From Eledone cirrhosa (lineage: Eukaryota), in NCBI GenBank assembly GCA_964016885.1, contig OZ024741.1:373612001-373676000 (forward strand): DNA of 64,000 nucleotides, written 5' to 3'. The position numbers and the translations under genes are program-made. Below are positions 11,723 to 23,200 of this stretch, one piece after another; position 1 is the first letter of the stretch; every line of letters starts with the position of its first letter. The notes below the pieces were generated by a model. The model did not search any database, was not told the origin of the DNA, and saw only the letters and a list, made by a program, of their open reading frames with translations.

Positions 11723-12209
11723 CTGTATATACTCGAATATAAGCTGACCTTATTTTACATCCAAGGAATAGGCAAAAATTCAAACCCTTTTATTAGCCGA
11801 TGCATGTAATCAACATATTATGGTTAGATAGTGCAGTTTTGAAATTCTCATTGGTGAAGAATATATTTATGAAGTTTTAATATTTAAAATGTTTTATGTG
11901 TCGATTAGAGTATAGCTTTTGTTTCACAAATCCATTACATTATGATTTTTTTTTTACCAATTACCGACCATTTTGAAAGCTATATTCATTCCAAACCTAT
12001 ACAAAACAAAAGGAAATACGAATTTTACATCAAAAGTGAAACCAGTGTAATATTCAACTCCAAAGTGAAAATATTTTAGCACTTCATTTATATAGAATTT
12101 TGAAGTTGGTGAACATCAAGAAAATACTGACCTCGAATATAAGTTGACTCATTTTATCATCATTTTTTTTTTTTGTCATATTTCTCAGATTATATATGAG
12201 TATATATTG
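11723..12209. mobile_element. pogo-like MITE, same family as 9071-9847 in opposite orientation
   Basis: Starts ctgtatatactcgaatataag and shares internal sequence with the 9071 copy. Confidence 0.6.
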
Positions 12210-12346
12210 TAACTGCAATCCAACAAATGAATATGTGTTTTAATATATTTCTATGTCCCACCCTTGCCAGCAGGGAAAAGCGGACGTAAAATGATGATGA
12301 ATGAGATGAGGCCTTCTTAATTGTATGTCCCTGGGTTGCAGCTAAC

Positions 12347-12575
12347 TTAACTCTTTAGCATTTAAACTGGATATATCTGGCCAGAATTTTCTCATTTCTT
12401 TCTTTTCAAACTGGCTGTAACCGGCCACTCATACTGATGTTAAGGTATTGTTCTCAAAATAAATAATATCAAAATCTCGTAGATTCAATATTATGTGAGA
12501 TAGTTATGTGAGATAAAGCCATTAATGTGAAAATACAATAGCAAATATAGAGTAACGTAAATGCTAAAGGGTTAA
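12347..12575. mobile_element. piggyBac-type MITE
   Basis: TTAA at both ends, TIR ctctttagcattt / aaatgctaaaggg. Five copies in the window. Confidence 0.85.
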
Positions 12576-13213
12576 TCCCTATATAAATCTGATACTGTCC
12601 ATTCTTAATGAAAGTTAGGTATTTCATCCATGAAAGCAACAATAACTTCTAGTACACATCATTTTCTATGCTAAACATGTCTGAGCTGTATGTGTTGACT
12701 GTGATTCTGTGTTGAACTGGTCTCACTATTAATAGATTAAATCCAAGTTCATACCTCTACACTAAACTCATGCTACCACATCTATATTCCAGGCAATCTT
12801 TAGATACTTGTTGATTGAATTTACCAGACATGATTCGTTGAATATATATATCTAAGAAAATACACTATGCTTTTAGCATAAAAGTTTTCATAAAATAAGA
12901 TTTACTTATAAATTTTAAACATTTACCTATAAGTGCTGAAAAAAAATTTGCAATGTTCCTGGCATGATGCATGAGAAATGGAAATTGTGAGGTTTTACTT
13001 CACCGAATTTCAATAAAAATCTAATATAGCAACTCCTAACTTCGGCATAAGACTTATTTATAGGCGATACCTTATGGAGAAATCATGACATTAACAGGAT
13101 AAATGAAGTGAATCAAATGCGAGAATGCAAATTCAGTCAGGAGAAAGTTTTAGTAAGATCAATCTTCTCTGAGATTCCAATTATATTTTCATTATTTGTT
13201 TAATTTTGCTCTA

Positions 13214-13255
<42 letters not shown>

Positions 13256-13474
13256 CTGTTATATAATTTATGATGTTTATAGTGCAGTAGAATGTTTATC
13301 AGGTCAAGTTGACAATATTCTTTATTTTATAACATAACACAGAAACAGTGAGTGTTGATATCAGAACTTTACTTCAAATTAATGAAACATGGTGTAATCA
13401 ATTTAAACATAATGATGGTGGTGGTCATGAGGATGATGGGGGAGTGATGTTGATGAGGAGGGAAGGAATAGGCA

Positions 13475-13655
13475 CAAGGAGGAGAAGGAAGAAGAGGAGA
13501 AGGAAGAATAGGGAGTTCAGGAGAAGAAAGAAGAGGGAGAGGAGGAGAAGAAAGAAGAGGGAGAGGATAAGGAAGGAGAGGGAGAGGAGGAGAAGGAAGA
13601 AGAGGGAGAGGAGGAGAAGGAAGAAGAGGGAGAGGAGGAGAAGGAAGAAGAGGGT
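13475..13655. repeat. 21-bp purine minisatellite (gagaggaggagaaggaagaag-type)
   Basis: Tandem units that produce the spurious R/K/E-rich ORF. Confidence 0.85.
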
Positions 13656-13713
13656 GTGGAGGAGTAGGTGGGAAGGGTGTACTCCACAAAAGGACTGATG
13701 AGAAATAAGAAAC

Positions 13714-14070
13714 CATCATCATCATCATCATCATTTTACATGTTCCATGTTTGCATGGGTTGGACAGGTCCTTCTCAGTACAGCATCTCTCCACCACTTG
13801 TCATGTTCTTTTATCATCCACTCCTTGAGCTTTAGTGATTTGAGATCAGCTCTCAACACTTCCATCCAGATCTTCCTTGGTCTTCCTCTACTGTGGCTTC
13901 CTCCACTGGGAATATTTGGCACTTCTTCACCCAGTGTTCATCATCCATGTGTATCACATGTCCATACCAATGCAGTCTACTCTCCTGCACATTACATCTC
14001 ATTCCTCTTATAACCAGTTTCTCCTTCAATTCATCCATACTTTGTTCTCATACATGAACATTGCACATCT
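13714..14070 (-). mobile_element. RTE LINE 3' fragment
   Basis: RLHWYGHV and RGRPRKIW motifs in broken frames, with (CAT)n on the + strand. Confidence 0.85.
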
Positions 14071-14489
14071 ATGAGAAATGTTGATTTATCTTGATTTGAC
14101 TTTAATATAACATCCATAAGATATGATAGTTCTTCTGATATCTCTGTCTTTCATGCAATTATAATTACAGAATGCTGAACATTGTTTACTATTTCGATAT
14201 CTGTGTGGCTGTGCATTTGAATGCTATCTACTTTAATATCATTTAATTATGGGCTGTTACCCTTCTTTTCTTCTTCTATCTAACATTTCACTATATGAAT
14301 GCAAATCAATACAAACTGTTACAATGTTTCCAATATTTAGTCATGTCCATTTACATTCTGAGTTTAAATCCCACCACAGCTAAATTAGCTTTTTGTCCTT
14401 TTGTGGGTTGATACAAGTAAGAGCAATATATATATAAGTAAGTACTTAGATCTATTGATCTAAGTTGTGTTGTGCCTATCTTAGAAACA

Positions 14490-14930
14490 AATATTGATTT
14501 CTAATTTAAACACAAGGACAGCAAATTTGGGGTAGGGGCAAAGTTGATTAAATAAACCCCAGTATTTGACTGGTATTTATTTTATCAACCCCGAAAGAAT
14601 GGAAAGTAAAGTTGACGTTTGCAGTATTTGAACTCAGAATATAAAGAGCCAGAACAAATACTGTAAAGGCATTTTATCCAATGCTCTACCAATCCTGCCA
14701 ATGTTGTGGTGAACACCCTTGGGCATTAAAGAAATGGACTTAGCAGACTATTACAAATAAGCAACGTGTCTCATTGTCAGGAATTCGGTTGGAGTCTTGC
14801 TTGAAAATTCACGTTTTGTAGTTGTAAGTTACGCCTGAGATAAAATTGTTAGAACCCCCGCATATAACCAATCTAAAGGACCATAAAAGTATTTAATCCC
14901 TAAGGGGTGTTCACCACAACCACCCTCCTT
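14490..14930 (-). mobile_element. SINE interrupted near its 5' end by a TIR element
   Basis: SINE body at 14490-14702 resumes (caccctcc) after 14920. Confidence 0.75.
14703..14920. mobile_element. 218-bp TIR element (MITE) of unclear superfamily
   Basis: gttgtggtgaacacccttgggcattaaa versus tttaatccctaaggggtgttcaccacaac, about 28-bp imperfect TIRs. Confidence 0.75.
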
Positions 14931-15050
14931 AGAAATAAATATAAATGTGTGAGTAAAAATTGCTTCCTATTAGTTATAGAACCAAAACTATATCAGATGG
15001 ACTACAGTAAAACTCATCTCAATAGAAACTTCCAGTAAGTTGAAATATAT

Positions 15051-15280
15051 TTAACCCTTTAGCATTTACATTACTTCATATTTACTATTGTATTTTTTTC
15101 TGGTAAAGGCTTTATTTCACACAATATCTTACATAATATCGAATCTATGAGATTTTGATGTTATTTATTTTGAGAACAATACCTTAAAATCAGTATGAGT
15201 GGCCAGTTACAGCCAGTTTGAACAGAAAGAAGTGAGAGAATTCTGGCTGGATATGGCCAGTTTCAATGTTAAAGGGTTAA
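15051..15280. mobile_element. piggyBac-type MITE
   Basis: ttaa-ccctttagcattt ... aatgttaaaggg-ttaa. Confidence 0.85.
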
Positions 15281-15682
15281 TGATTTTTTTTCCTGTTTTT
15301 AATTGTATTTACAATGGTAACAAAGCTGTTTATACAAAAATGAAACTATTAAAGGGAGCAAAAAATATGAAAAAGGAAAAGAAAAGAAAAAAGGAATTAA
15401 GCAACGAAAGAAAGGGATAACTATACTATATGATATATTGTATATACTCAAATAAAAGCTGAGGAATATGTGACCAAAAATTATTGATGGTAAAATGGGG
15501 CACTGGGAGCATCTAAACATAATGTCTTGATTAGCTACCTGAGCTTATAAACAGTGTTTGGATTTTTTGCCAATTTCTCAGACAAAGGAAGAGTGGGTCA
15601 CCTTATATTTGAGTGTATACAGAAAATATTCTGCTTTTATAATGTTTATAGTGTAGAATCTTTATTATCCATTATAAACACT

Positions 15683-15897
15683 TTAACCCTTTAATGTTCA
15701 AACCGGCCAAAACCAGCCAGAATTCTCTACCTTTTTCTGTTGAAACTGGCTGTAACTGGTCACTCAAACTGATGTTAAGGTATTGTTCTCAAAATAAATA
15801 CTTTCAAAATCTCATAGATTCGATATTTTGTGAGATAAAGCATTTACCATGAAAATATAATAGTAGATATAGAGTAATGTGAATGCTAAAGGGTTAA
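15683..15897. mobile_element. piggyBac-type MITE
   Basis: ttaa-cccttt ... aatgctaaaggg-ttaa. Inverted relative to the 15051 copy. Confidence 0.85.
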
Positions 15898-16549
15898 CAG
15901 CAGTATATGATATACATATTAGAATAAAATTCCACACACAATCATCATCATCACCGTTTTACGTCCTTTCTTTCATGCTAGCATGGGTTAGACGGGTTGT
16001 CCTGTTGTGGGCACAATGAAAAAGATAATTGGAATCTCAGTGGAGTTCTTCTGTTTAATTGCTAAAGATAGCATAAAGCAGTTTTTAATAAACAGACAAT
16101 ATTGCACAACTGCATGAGAGGATCTGATACCATTTTAACAAGTCAATTTATAACTCATGGATCATTGAATTCTAGCAGCTCATATTTCTGATGGCTTCAC
16201 TTAATGACGTACTATGTTTTCTAATATCTTTGTAACAACCAAATACAGTACTCCTATACACTATACTCCACCTACACTGGAACAACTAGCTGATGAGGGA
16301 GCTTCTACATGGTCACTCAATCTGTTAGAAATAGCAGTTAGATCACACACAAATTGCACATGTCATTTTCAAATTTTATATGAGGAAAGGAAAAACAAAT
16401 TCAATAATGTCAATTTATAACTCTGGAACATGGGTCATTAAATTGTAGCAGTTCATATCTTTGATGGCTCCACTTAATATTTCTTTATGAAGTGCTATAT
16501 CATTTAATATCTTTGTAACCACCAAATACAGTACTCCTATACACTATCT

Positions 16550-16830
16550 AAATCTAAAGTCTGTCTTAAGCCAGAAGGCTCATTTTTCCGGTGCTTATCC
16601 CAGTTTCATTGCATGAGGCGACTGAGAGTACAAGACTCCCCACTCGACAGGAAGCCAGTCCATCAGAGGGTTAAACCCCCCAGCTGTTGCTGGTACTCAT
16701 TTCAGCTAAATATACTGGAGCAACATGAAATGAAGTGATTTGCTCAAGAACACAACACGTAACCCACGAATCAAACCCACAACATTATGATCGTAAGTCC
16801 AACACCCTTTCGACTCGGCCACATGCCTCC
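16550..16830 (-). mobile_element. Second SINE family copy
   Basis: Reverse complement of the family seen on + at 42085-42300 (gtgttcttgagcaaa, ttcatttca, gctccagtata). Confidence 0.7.
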
Positions 16831-16846
16831 ACCTATACACTATATA

Positions 16847-17180
16847 GGTGGTGAATTGGCAGAATCATTAGAATATCGGATAGAATGCTTTATGGTATTT
16901 GTTCCTGCTCTGTTCTCTGAGTTCAAATCCCGCGAGGTCGACTTAGCCTTTCATTCTTTTGAGATCGATAAAAACAGTACCAGTCTAGTACTGGGATAGA
17001 TTCTTCCTCTATATCTCTTTCTCATTTCCTCTCTCTCACTTTTTATCTTTCTCTGAAAGAAATCTGCTGTACTCAGGCCTGGAGAGGAATGAGCTTCACC
17101 AGGCTTAAAATGCCCAAGAAATGCCATATGTCAATACAGCGCCCTCACGACTATCAGGAGTTACGGGACCATACATATAT
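16847..17180 (+). mobile_element. SINE, long-tail subfamily
   Basis: A/B-box head (tggcagaatc, gagttcaaatcc), CT-rich linker, tail ending ggagttacgggaccatacat. Close match at 40998-41310. Confidence 0.88.
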
Positions 17181-18550
17181 GCATACACTATACACCTATA
17201 CTGAAACAACTAGCTGATGAGGGAGCGGCATGGTCACTCAATCTGTTAGAAATAGCAGTTAGATCTCACACAAATTGCAAATGTCATTTTCAAATTTTAT
17301 ATCAGGAAAGGAACTCAATAATGTAGTCCTAGACAAGTTATTCCAAATGGAGTGCACGCCACAAAAGGGTTTAACTTGACTTTTCAACGGGAGGGATAAT
17401 TTGAATATTTAAGGGGGAGGGGGCAATTTGAAAATGATGTTAATGAGAACTTCAGATTTTAAATTATTACTTTTATGCCAAGGCAACTTTGGTACACATT
17501 CATCATCATCATCATCGTCTATCTTCCACGCTAGCATGGGTTAGACTAGAATTATCCTACTTGAGTCAAGATTGGTCAGGTGACCATGTCTCACTTGTAT
17601 AGGACTGTATCTGGCAGGTTTTCTAGGGCTGGATGCTCTTCCTAACATCAACCACATATGTAGTGTTGGAAATTCCTCTCTCACCTCCTCCCACATATGT
17701 TATTGTACATCTGGCACCACCTATATGCCAATTTGTTTACATTTTGCAGTTGATATCACTGTTTTTATATCAAAGAGGGGAATTTTCATATTAAAGAGAG
17801 GCATAACAATTTTTGGGATGTTGTGGTAGGTCTTGGTGCACAAAAGGTTGGAACTACTGTCCAAGACATAACACCAAAAAGACAGGATGGCCACAACTAG
17901 CATGCTTTTAATCATAGCTCTGCTTGAATAAAGGTTGACCTAATGTTAAACAACAACAGTAGTAACAACAACTTATACAGTAAGGCATTGTTTCTCCCAA
18001 ATAGTGATAAATCTTTCAAAGTCAATGATGTATTATAGAACAATGAATTAATTGAAAAGCTGTTTAGAGAGGTCTATGAGTATAAATGTCATGTTTTAAA
18101 GCAGAATATTTGAACTATATTTACTATTATCCTTGAGTCAATAAATATGGATATTTGCCTACTTCAGCCGGCCATTCGTACTTGTACTCGTATTCAGAAA
18201 TAGTTAAGCTATAATTATTTTATTTGCAATGTTTCAATAAAAACAAATCCCTGACATTTTGTCACATTCTCATGATAGCAAAGACAAAGGGATAAACAAA
18301 CAATATTATTGATCTAAAGAAACTATGGGGAATAGAAAATACATTTCAGATATAAAAAAAATAAATATTCTTTTATTTCTTGTCTCTGGACAGTTTTTCT
18401 ATCTCTAAGGATAATTTACCCAATTTTCTCAACTATTATCTATAGTAATCAACTGTTGTTACATTTATTTCCACCATTTGGGACTCTCACATTTTCAAAT
18501 TTAAAACTCAAAGCTTCAATAATTCATAAGGTTTATTATTTACTTCCTGC

Positions 18551-18772
18551 AGGGTGGCGGATTGGCAGTATAGGTAGAGCATCAGACAATTTGCTTTGCG
18601 GTATAGAGTTATGGCCCTTTACGTTATCGGTTCAAATCCTGCATAGGTTAGCTTTGCCTTTCATCCTTATAGGGTTGATGAAATAAAATACCAATAATGA
18701 ACTGGGGTTGATTTAATCACTTTTCCTCTCCCCCAAAAGTTGTTGGCCTTGTGCTTAAATCAGAAATCATTA
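18551..18772 (+). mobile_element. SINE, older copy
   Basis: gggtggcggattggcag head, ggttcaaatcc B box, family tail. Confidence 0.85.
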
Positions 18773-19149
18773 AGTGATTACACTGCAGCCCATGCTGGGG
18801 CACTACCTTAAAGGGATTTAGTCAATCATATCAAACTCAGTACTTATTTTAGCAATCTCTTTGTACCAAACTGCTAAGTTATAGGAGATAAAATAGACAC
18901 ACACACATTCACACATATATAAATGATGGACTTCTGAAGTTTTCACACCAAATTCTACTCACAGGCATTGATCAACCCAAGCTATAGTAGAAGATATTTG
19001 TCCAAGGTGCTATGCAGTGGCAGGAAACTCCAAACCATATGGTTGTGATACAAACTCCTTAACCACACAGCTATACCTGCACCAATGCAACCATTTTTTT
19101 GCAGGGTTGGGGGAACCAGACACTTCTACCATGAATATGTCATAGGAAA

Positions 19150-19740
19150 ATGAAGCCAATGATTTTTAACAAGGTGTGAGGTATGTTATGCTGTAGCTGT
19201 GAAGTGTGTCTATAACTTCATCAGCCCATCAGCCCATCATTGGTGTAATTTTCCCTTGGTTCTGATGACTGAGTACTTGATGTTACAGACATGCAGGGTC
19301 AGTCAGCCAATTAATATTATCAGGCGACCAAATCATTTTACACTTTGTTATGTTATGCCATCAGGAAACCATGGTAGGTAGGAAACTAACCATTTACCTA
19401 ATATCTTCATTTCTGATCCAGCCCATCAAAGGTTTGCAAGCTACTCAACAGAGACATCTCATCCTACAGCTTGTGAAGGTTTCCCTCCAAGGCTTTGATC
19501 AAAGTCTAGGTCTGGCACAAATAGGTGGGAGTGGGAACAAAGATTGTGTTGATCAGTCTGGCTTTTTTGTCTCCTTAGATATGTTTGAGTCTTTCAGAAG
19601 TGCTAGTTGTCAGATGATTGAGTTTGCCTTCTGGACTCTAGCTGCTATTTCTTTATTTAGCTTCCCATCCCCAGAAAATATGCTCCCCCAAATATGACAA
19701 CAACTGTGTGGTTTGCTTATTTGAGCAGCTATCTGTTGAT
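19150..19740 (-). mobile_element. Decayed LINE RT/C-terminal fragment
   Basis: Minus-strand translation gives GSIFSGDGKLNKEIAARVQKA and WIRNEDIR, with many stops. Confidence 0.65.
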
Positions 19741-20239
19741 AGTAATATTCAGCTTTTTTAAAAGTACATTCTACTGACATGATATGTTTTTCCCTTTACT
19801 GTTTTCATACAATTGTCTACACAGCTGCTGTTCATGCTATCTCTGTGTTTCTAACTGATCTTTGTTTTCATTCAAACTTATTTCCTTTTAAAACCCAAAG
19901 CTACATGTTTATATTTATCATTTTAAAATAAATATTTATTTTACTCCAACCTATATGATATGATATAAGGTTGTTGACATGTTATTTCAGTAACATATAT
20001 TATTGCCAATATTGGAGCTTAAAGAAATGTCTCAATTAGGATTTCAAATACATATATTTGTTTTTATACAATGATTATTATTATTGGGGTGTTATATTGA
20101 GATGGGGTTGGGGTGTTGTTGTGACTGTTGTGGTGAGTGCTGTAGTATAGTGATTAGTGTTGTGGTGTTGTGATGTGTGTTGCAATCAGTTTTATGCTAG
20201 GTGTTGATGTTGGTGTAGTAGTGGGGATTGTAGTTATAG

Positions 20240-23200
20240 TAGTGACTGGTGTTGTGTGGTTAGAGTTGTGACTGGTGTTGTGGTTAGAGGTGGGACTGGT
20301 GTTGTGGTTAGAGGTGTGACTGGTGTTGTGGTTAGAGATAGGACTGGTGTTGTGGTTAGAGGTGGAACTGTTGTTGTGATTAGAGGTGGGAGTGGTGTTG
20401 TGGTTAGAGGTGTGACTGGTGTTGTGGTTAGAGGTGAGACTGGAGTTGTGGTTAGAGGTGGGACTGGTGTTGTGGTTAGAGGTGGGACTGGTGTTGTGGT
20501 TAGAGGTGGGACTGGTGTTGTGGTTAGAGGTGAGACTGGTGTTGTGGTTAGAGGTGGGACTGGTGTGGTGGTTAGAGGTGGGACTGGTGTTGTGGTTAGA
20601 AGTGTGACTGGTGTTGTGGTTAGAGGTGGGACTGGTGTTGTGGTTAGAGGTGGGACTGGTGTTGTGGTTAAAGGTGGAACTGGTGTTGTGGTTAGAGGTG
20701 GGACTGGTGTTATGGTTAGAGGTGGGACTAGTCTTGTGGTTAGAGGTGGGACTGGTGTTGTGGTTAGAGGTGTGACTGGTGTTGTGGTTAGAGGTGTGAC
20801 TGGTGTTGTGGTTAGAGATGTGACTGGTGTTGTGGTTAGAGGTGGGACTGGTGTTGTGGTTAGAAGTGGGACTGGTGTTGTGGTTAGAAGTGTGACTGGT
20901 GTTGTGGTTAGAGGTGGGACTGGTGTTGTGGTTAGAGATGTGACTGGTGTTGTGGTTAGAGGTGGGACTGGTGTTGTGGTTAGAAGTGTGACTGGTGTTG
21001 TGGTTAGAGGTGGGACTGGTGTTGTGGTTAGAGGTGGGACTGGTGTTGTGGTTAGAGGTGTGACTGGTGTTGTGGTTAGAGGTGGGACTGGTGTTGTGGT
21101 TAGAGGTGGTTATAGGTGTTACTGGTTTTGTGGTTAGACGTGGGACTGGTGTTCTGGATAGAGATGGGACTGGTGTTGTGGTTAAAGGTGGGGCTGGTGT
21201 TGTGGTTAGAGGCAGGACTGGTGTTGTGGTAGAGTTTGACTGGTGTTGTGGTTAGAGGTGTGACTGGTTTTGTGGTTAGAGGTGGGACTGGTGTTGTGGT
21301 TAGAGGTGGGACTGGTGTTGTGGTTAGAGATGGGACTGGTGTTGTGGTTAGAGGTGTGACTGGTGTTGTGGTTAGAGGTGTGACTGGTGTTGTGGTTAGA
21401 GGTGGGACTGGTGTTGTGGTTAGAGGTGTGACTGGTGTTGTGGTTAGAAGTGAGACTGGTGTTGTGGTTAGAGATGTGACTGGTGTTGTGGTTAGAGGTG
21501 GGACTGGTGTTGTGGTTAGAGGTGGGACTGGTGTTGTGGTTAGAGGTGGGACTGGTGTTGTGGTTAGAGGTGGGTCTGGTGTTGTGGTTAAAGGTGGAAC
21601 TGGTGTTGTGGTTAGAGGTGGGACTGGTGTTGTGGTTAGAGGTGGGACTGGTGTTGTGGTTAAAGGTGGAACTGGTGTTGTGGTTAGAGATAGGACTGGT
21701 GTGGTTGGAGGTGTGACTGGTGTGGTTAGAGGTGTGACTGGTGTTGTGGTTAGAGGTGGGACTGGTGTTGTGGTTAAAGGTGGAACTGGTGTTGTGGTTA
21801 GAGATAGGACTGGTGTTGTGGTTAGAGGTGGGACTGGTGTTGTGGTTAGAGGTGGGACTGCTGTTGTGGTGAGAGGTGTCACTGGTGTTGTGGTGAGAGA
21901 TGGGACTGGTGTTGTGGTTAGAGGTGGAACTGGTGTTGTGGTTAGAGGTGGGACTGGTGTTGTGGTTAGAAGTGTGAATGGTGTTGTGGTTAGAGGTGGG
22001 ACTGGTGTTGTGGTTAGAGGTGGGACTGGTGTTGTGGTTAGAGGTGGGACTGGTGTTGTGGTTAGAGGTTGGACTGGTGTTGTGGTTAGACGTGTGATTG
22101 GTGTTGTGGTTAGAGGTGGGACTGGTGTTCTGGATAGAGATGGGACTGGTGTTGTGGTTAGAGATAGGACTGGTGTTGTGGTTAGAGGTGTGACTGGTGT
22201 TGTGGTTAGAGGTAGGACTGGTGTTCTGGTAGAGTTTGACTGGTGTGGTTGGAGGTGTGACTGGTGTGGTTAGAGGTGTGACTGGTGTTGTGGTTAGAGA
22301 TGGGACTGGTGTTGTGGTTAGAGATGGGACTGGTGTTGTGGTTAGAGATAGAACTGGTGTTGTGGTTAGAGGTGGGACTGGTGTTGTGGTTAGAGGTGTG
22401 ACTGGAGTTATGGTAGAGTTGTAACTGGTGTTGTGTTTAGAGGTGGGACTGGTGTTGTGGTTAGAGGTTTACCTGGTGTTATGGTAGTGTTGTGACTGGT
22501 GTTATGGTAGAGTTGTAACTGGTGTTGTGGTTAGAGGTGGGACTGGTGTTGTGGTAGTGTTGTGACTGGTGTTGTGGTAGTGTTGTGACTGGTGTTGTGG
22601 TAGAGTTGTGACTGTTGTGTGGTAGAGGTGTGATTGGTGTGTGGTAGAGGTGTGACTGGTGTGTGGTAAAAGGTGTGACTGGTGTTGTGGTTAGAGGTGT
22701 GACTGGTGTTGTGGTTAGAGGTGGGACTGGTGTTGTGGTTAGAGGTGGGACTGGTGTTGTGGTTAGAGGTGGAAATGGTGTTGTGGTTAGAGGTGGGACT
22801 GGTGTTGTGGTTAGAGGTGGGACTGGTGTTGTGGTTAGAGGTGGGACTGGTGTTGTGGTTAGAGGTGGGACTGGTGTTGTGGTTAGAGATAGGACTGGTG
22901 TTGTTGTTAGAGGTGGAACTGGTGTTGTGGTTAGAGGTGTGACTGGTCTTGTGGTTAGAGGTGTGACTGGTGTTGTGGTTAGAGGTGGAACTGGTGTTGT
23001 GGTTAGAGGTGTGACTGGTGTTGTGGTTAGAGGTGTGACTGGTGTTGTGGTTAGAGATGTGACTGGTGTTGTGGTTAGAGGTGTGACTGGTGTTGTGGTT
23101 AGAGGTGGGACTGGTGTTGTGGTTAGAGGTGGGACTGGTGTTGTGGTTAGAGGTGGGACTGGTGTTGTGGTTAGAGGTGGGACTGGTGTTGTGATTAGAG

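Noticed and set aside
13348-13698. Arg/Lys-rich protamine-like ORF
   Set aside because: Product of a 21-bp purine repeat.
16288-16335. CTGATGAG...GAAA as a hammerhead (also at about 17213)
   Set aside because: No stem II closing next to GAAA and no stem I or III. It lies in a SINE-like repeat.
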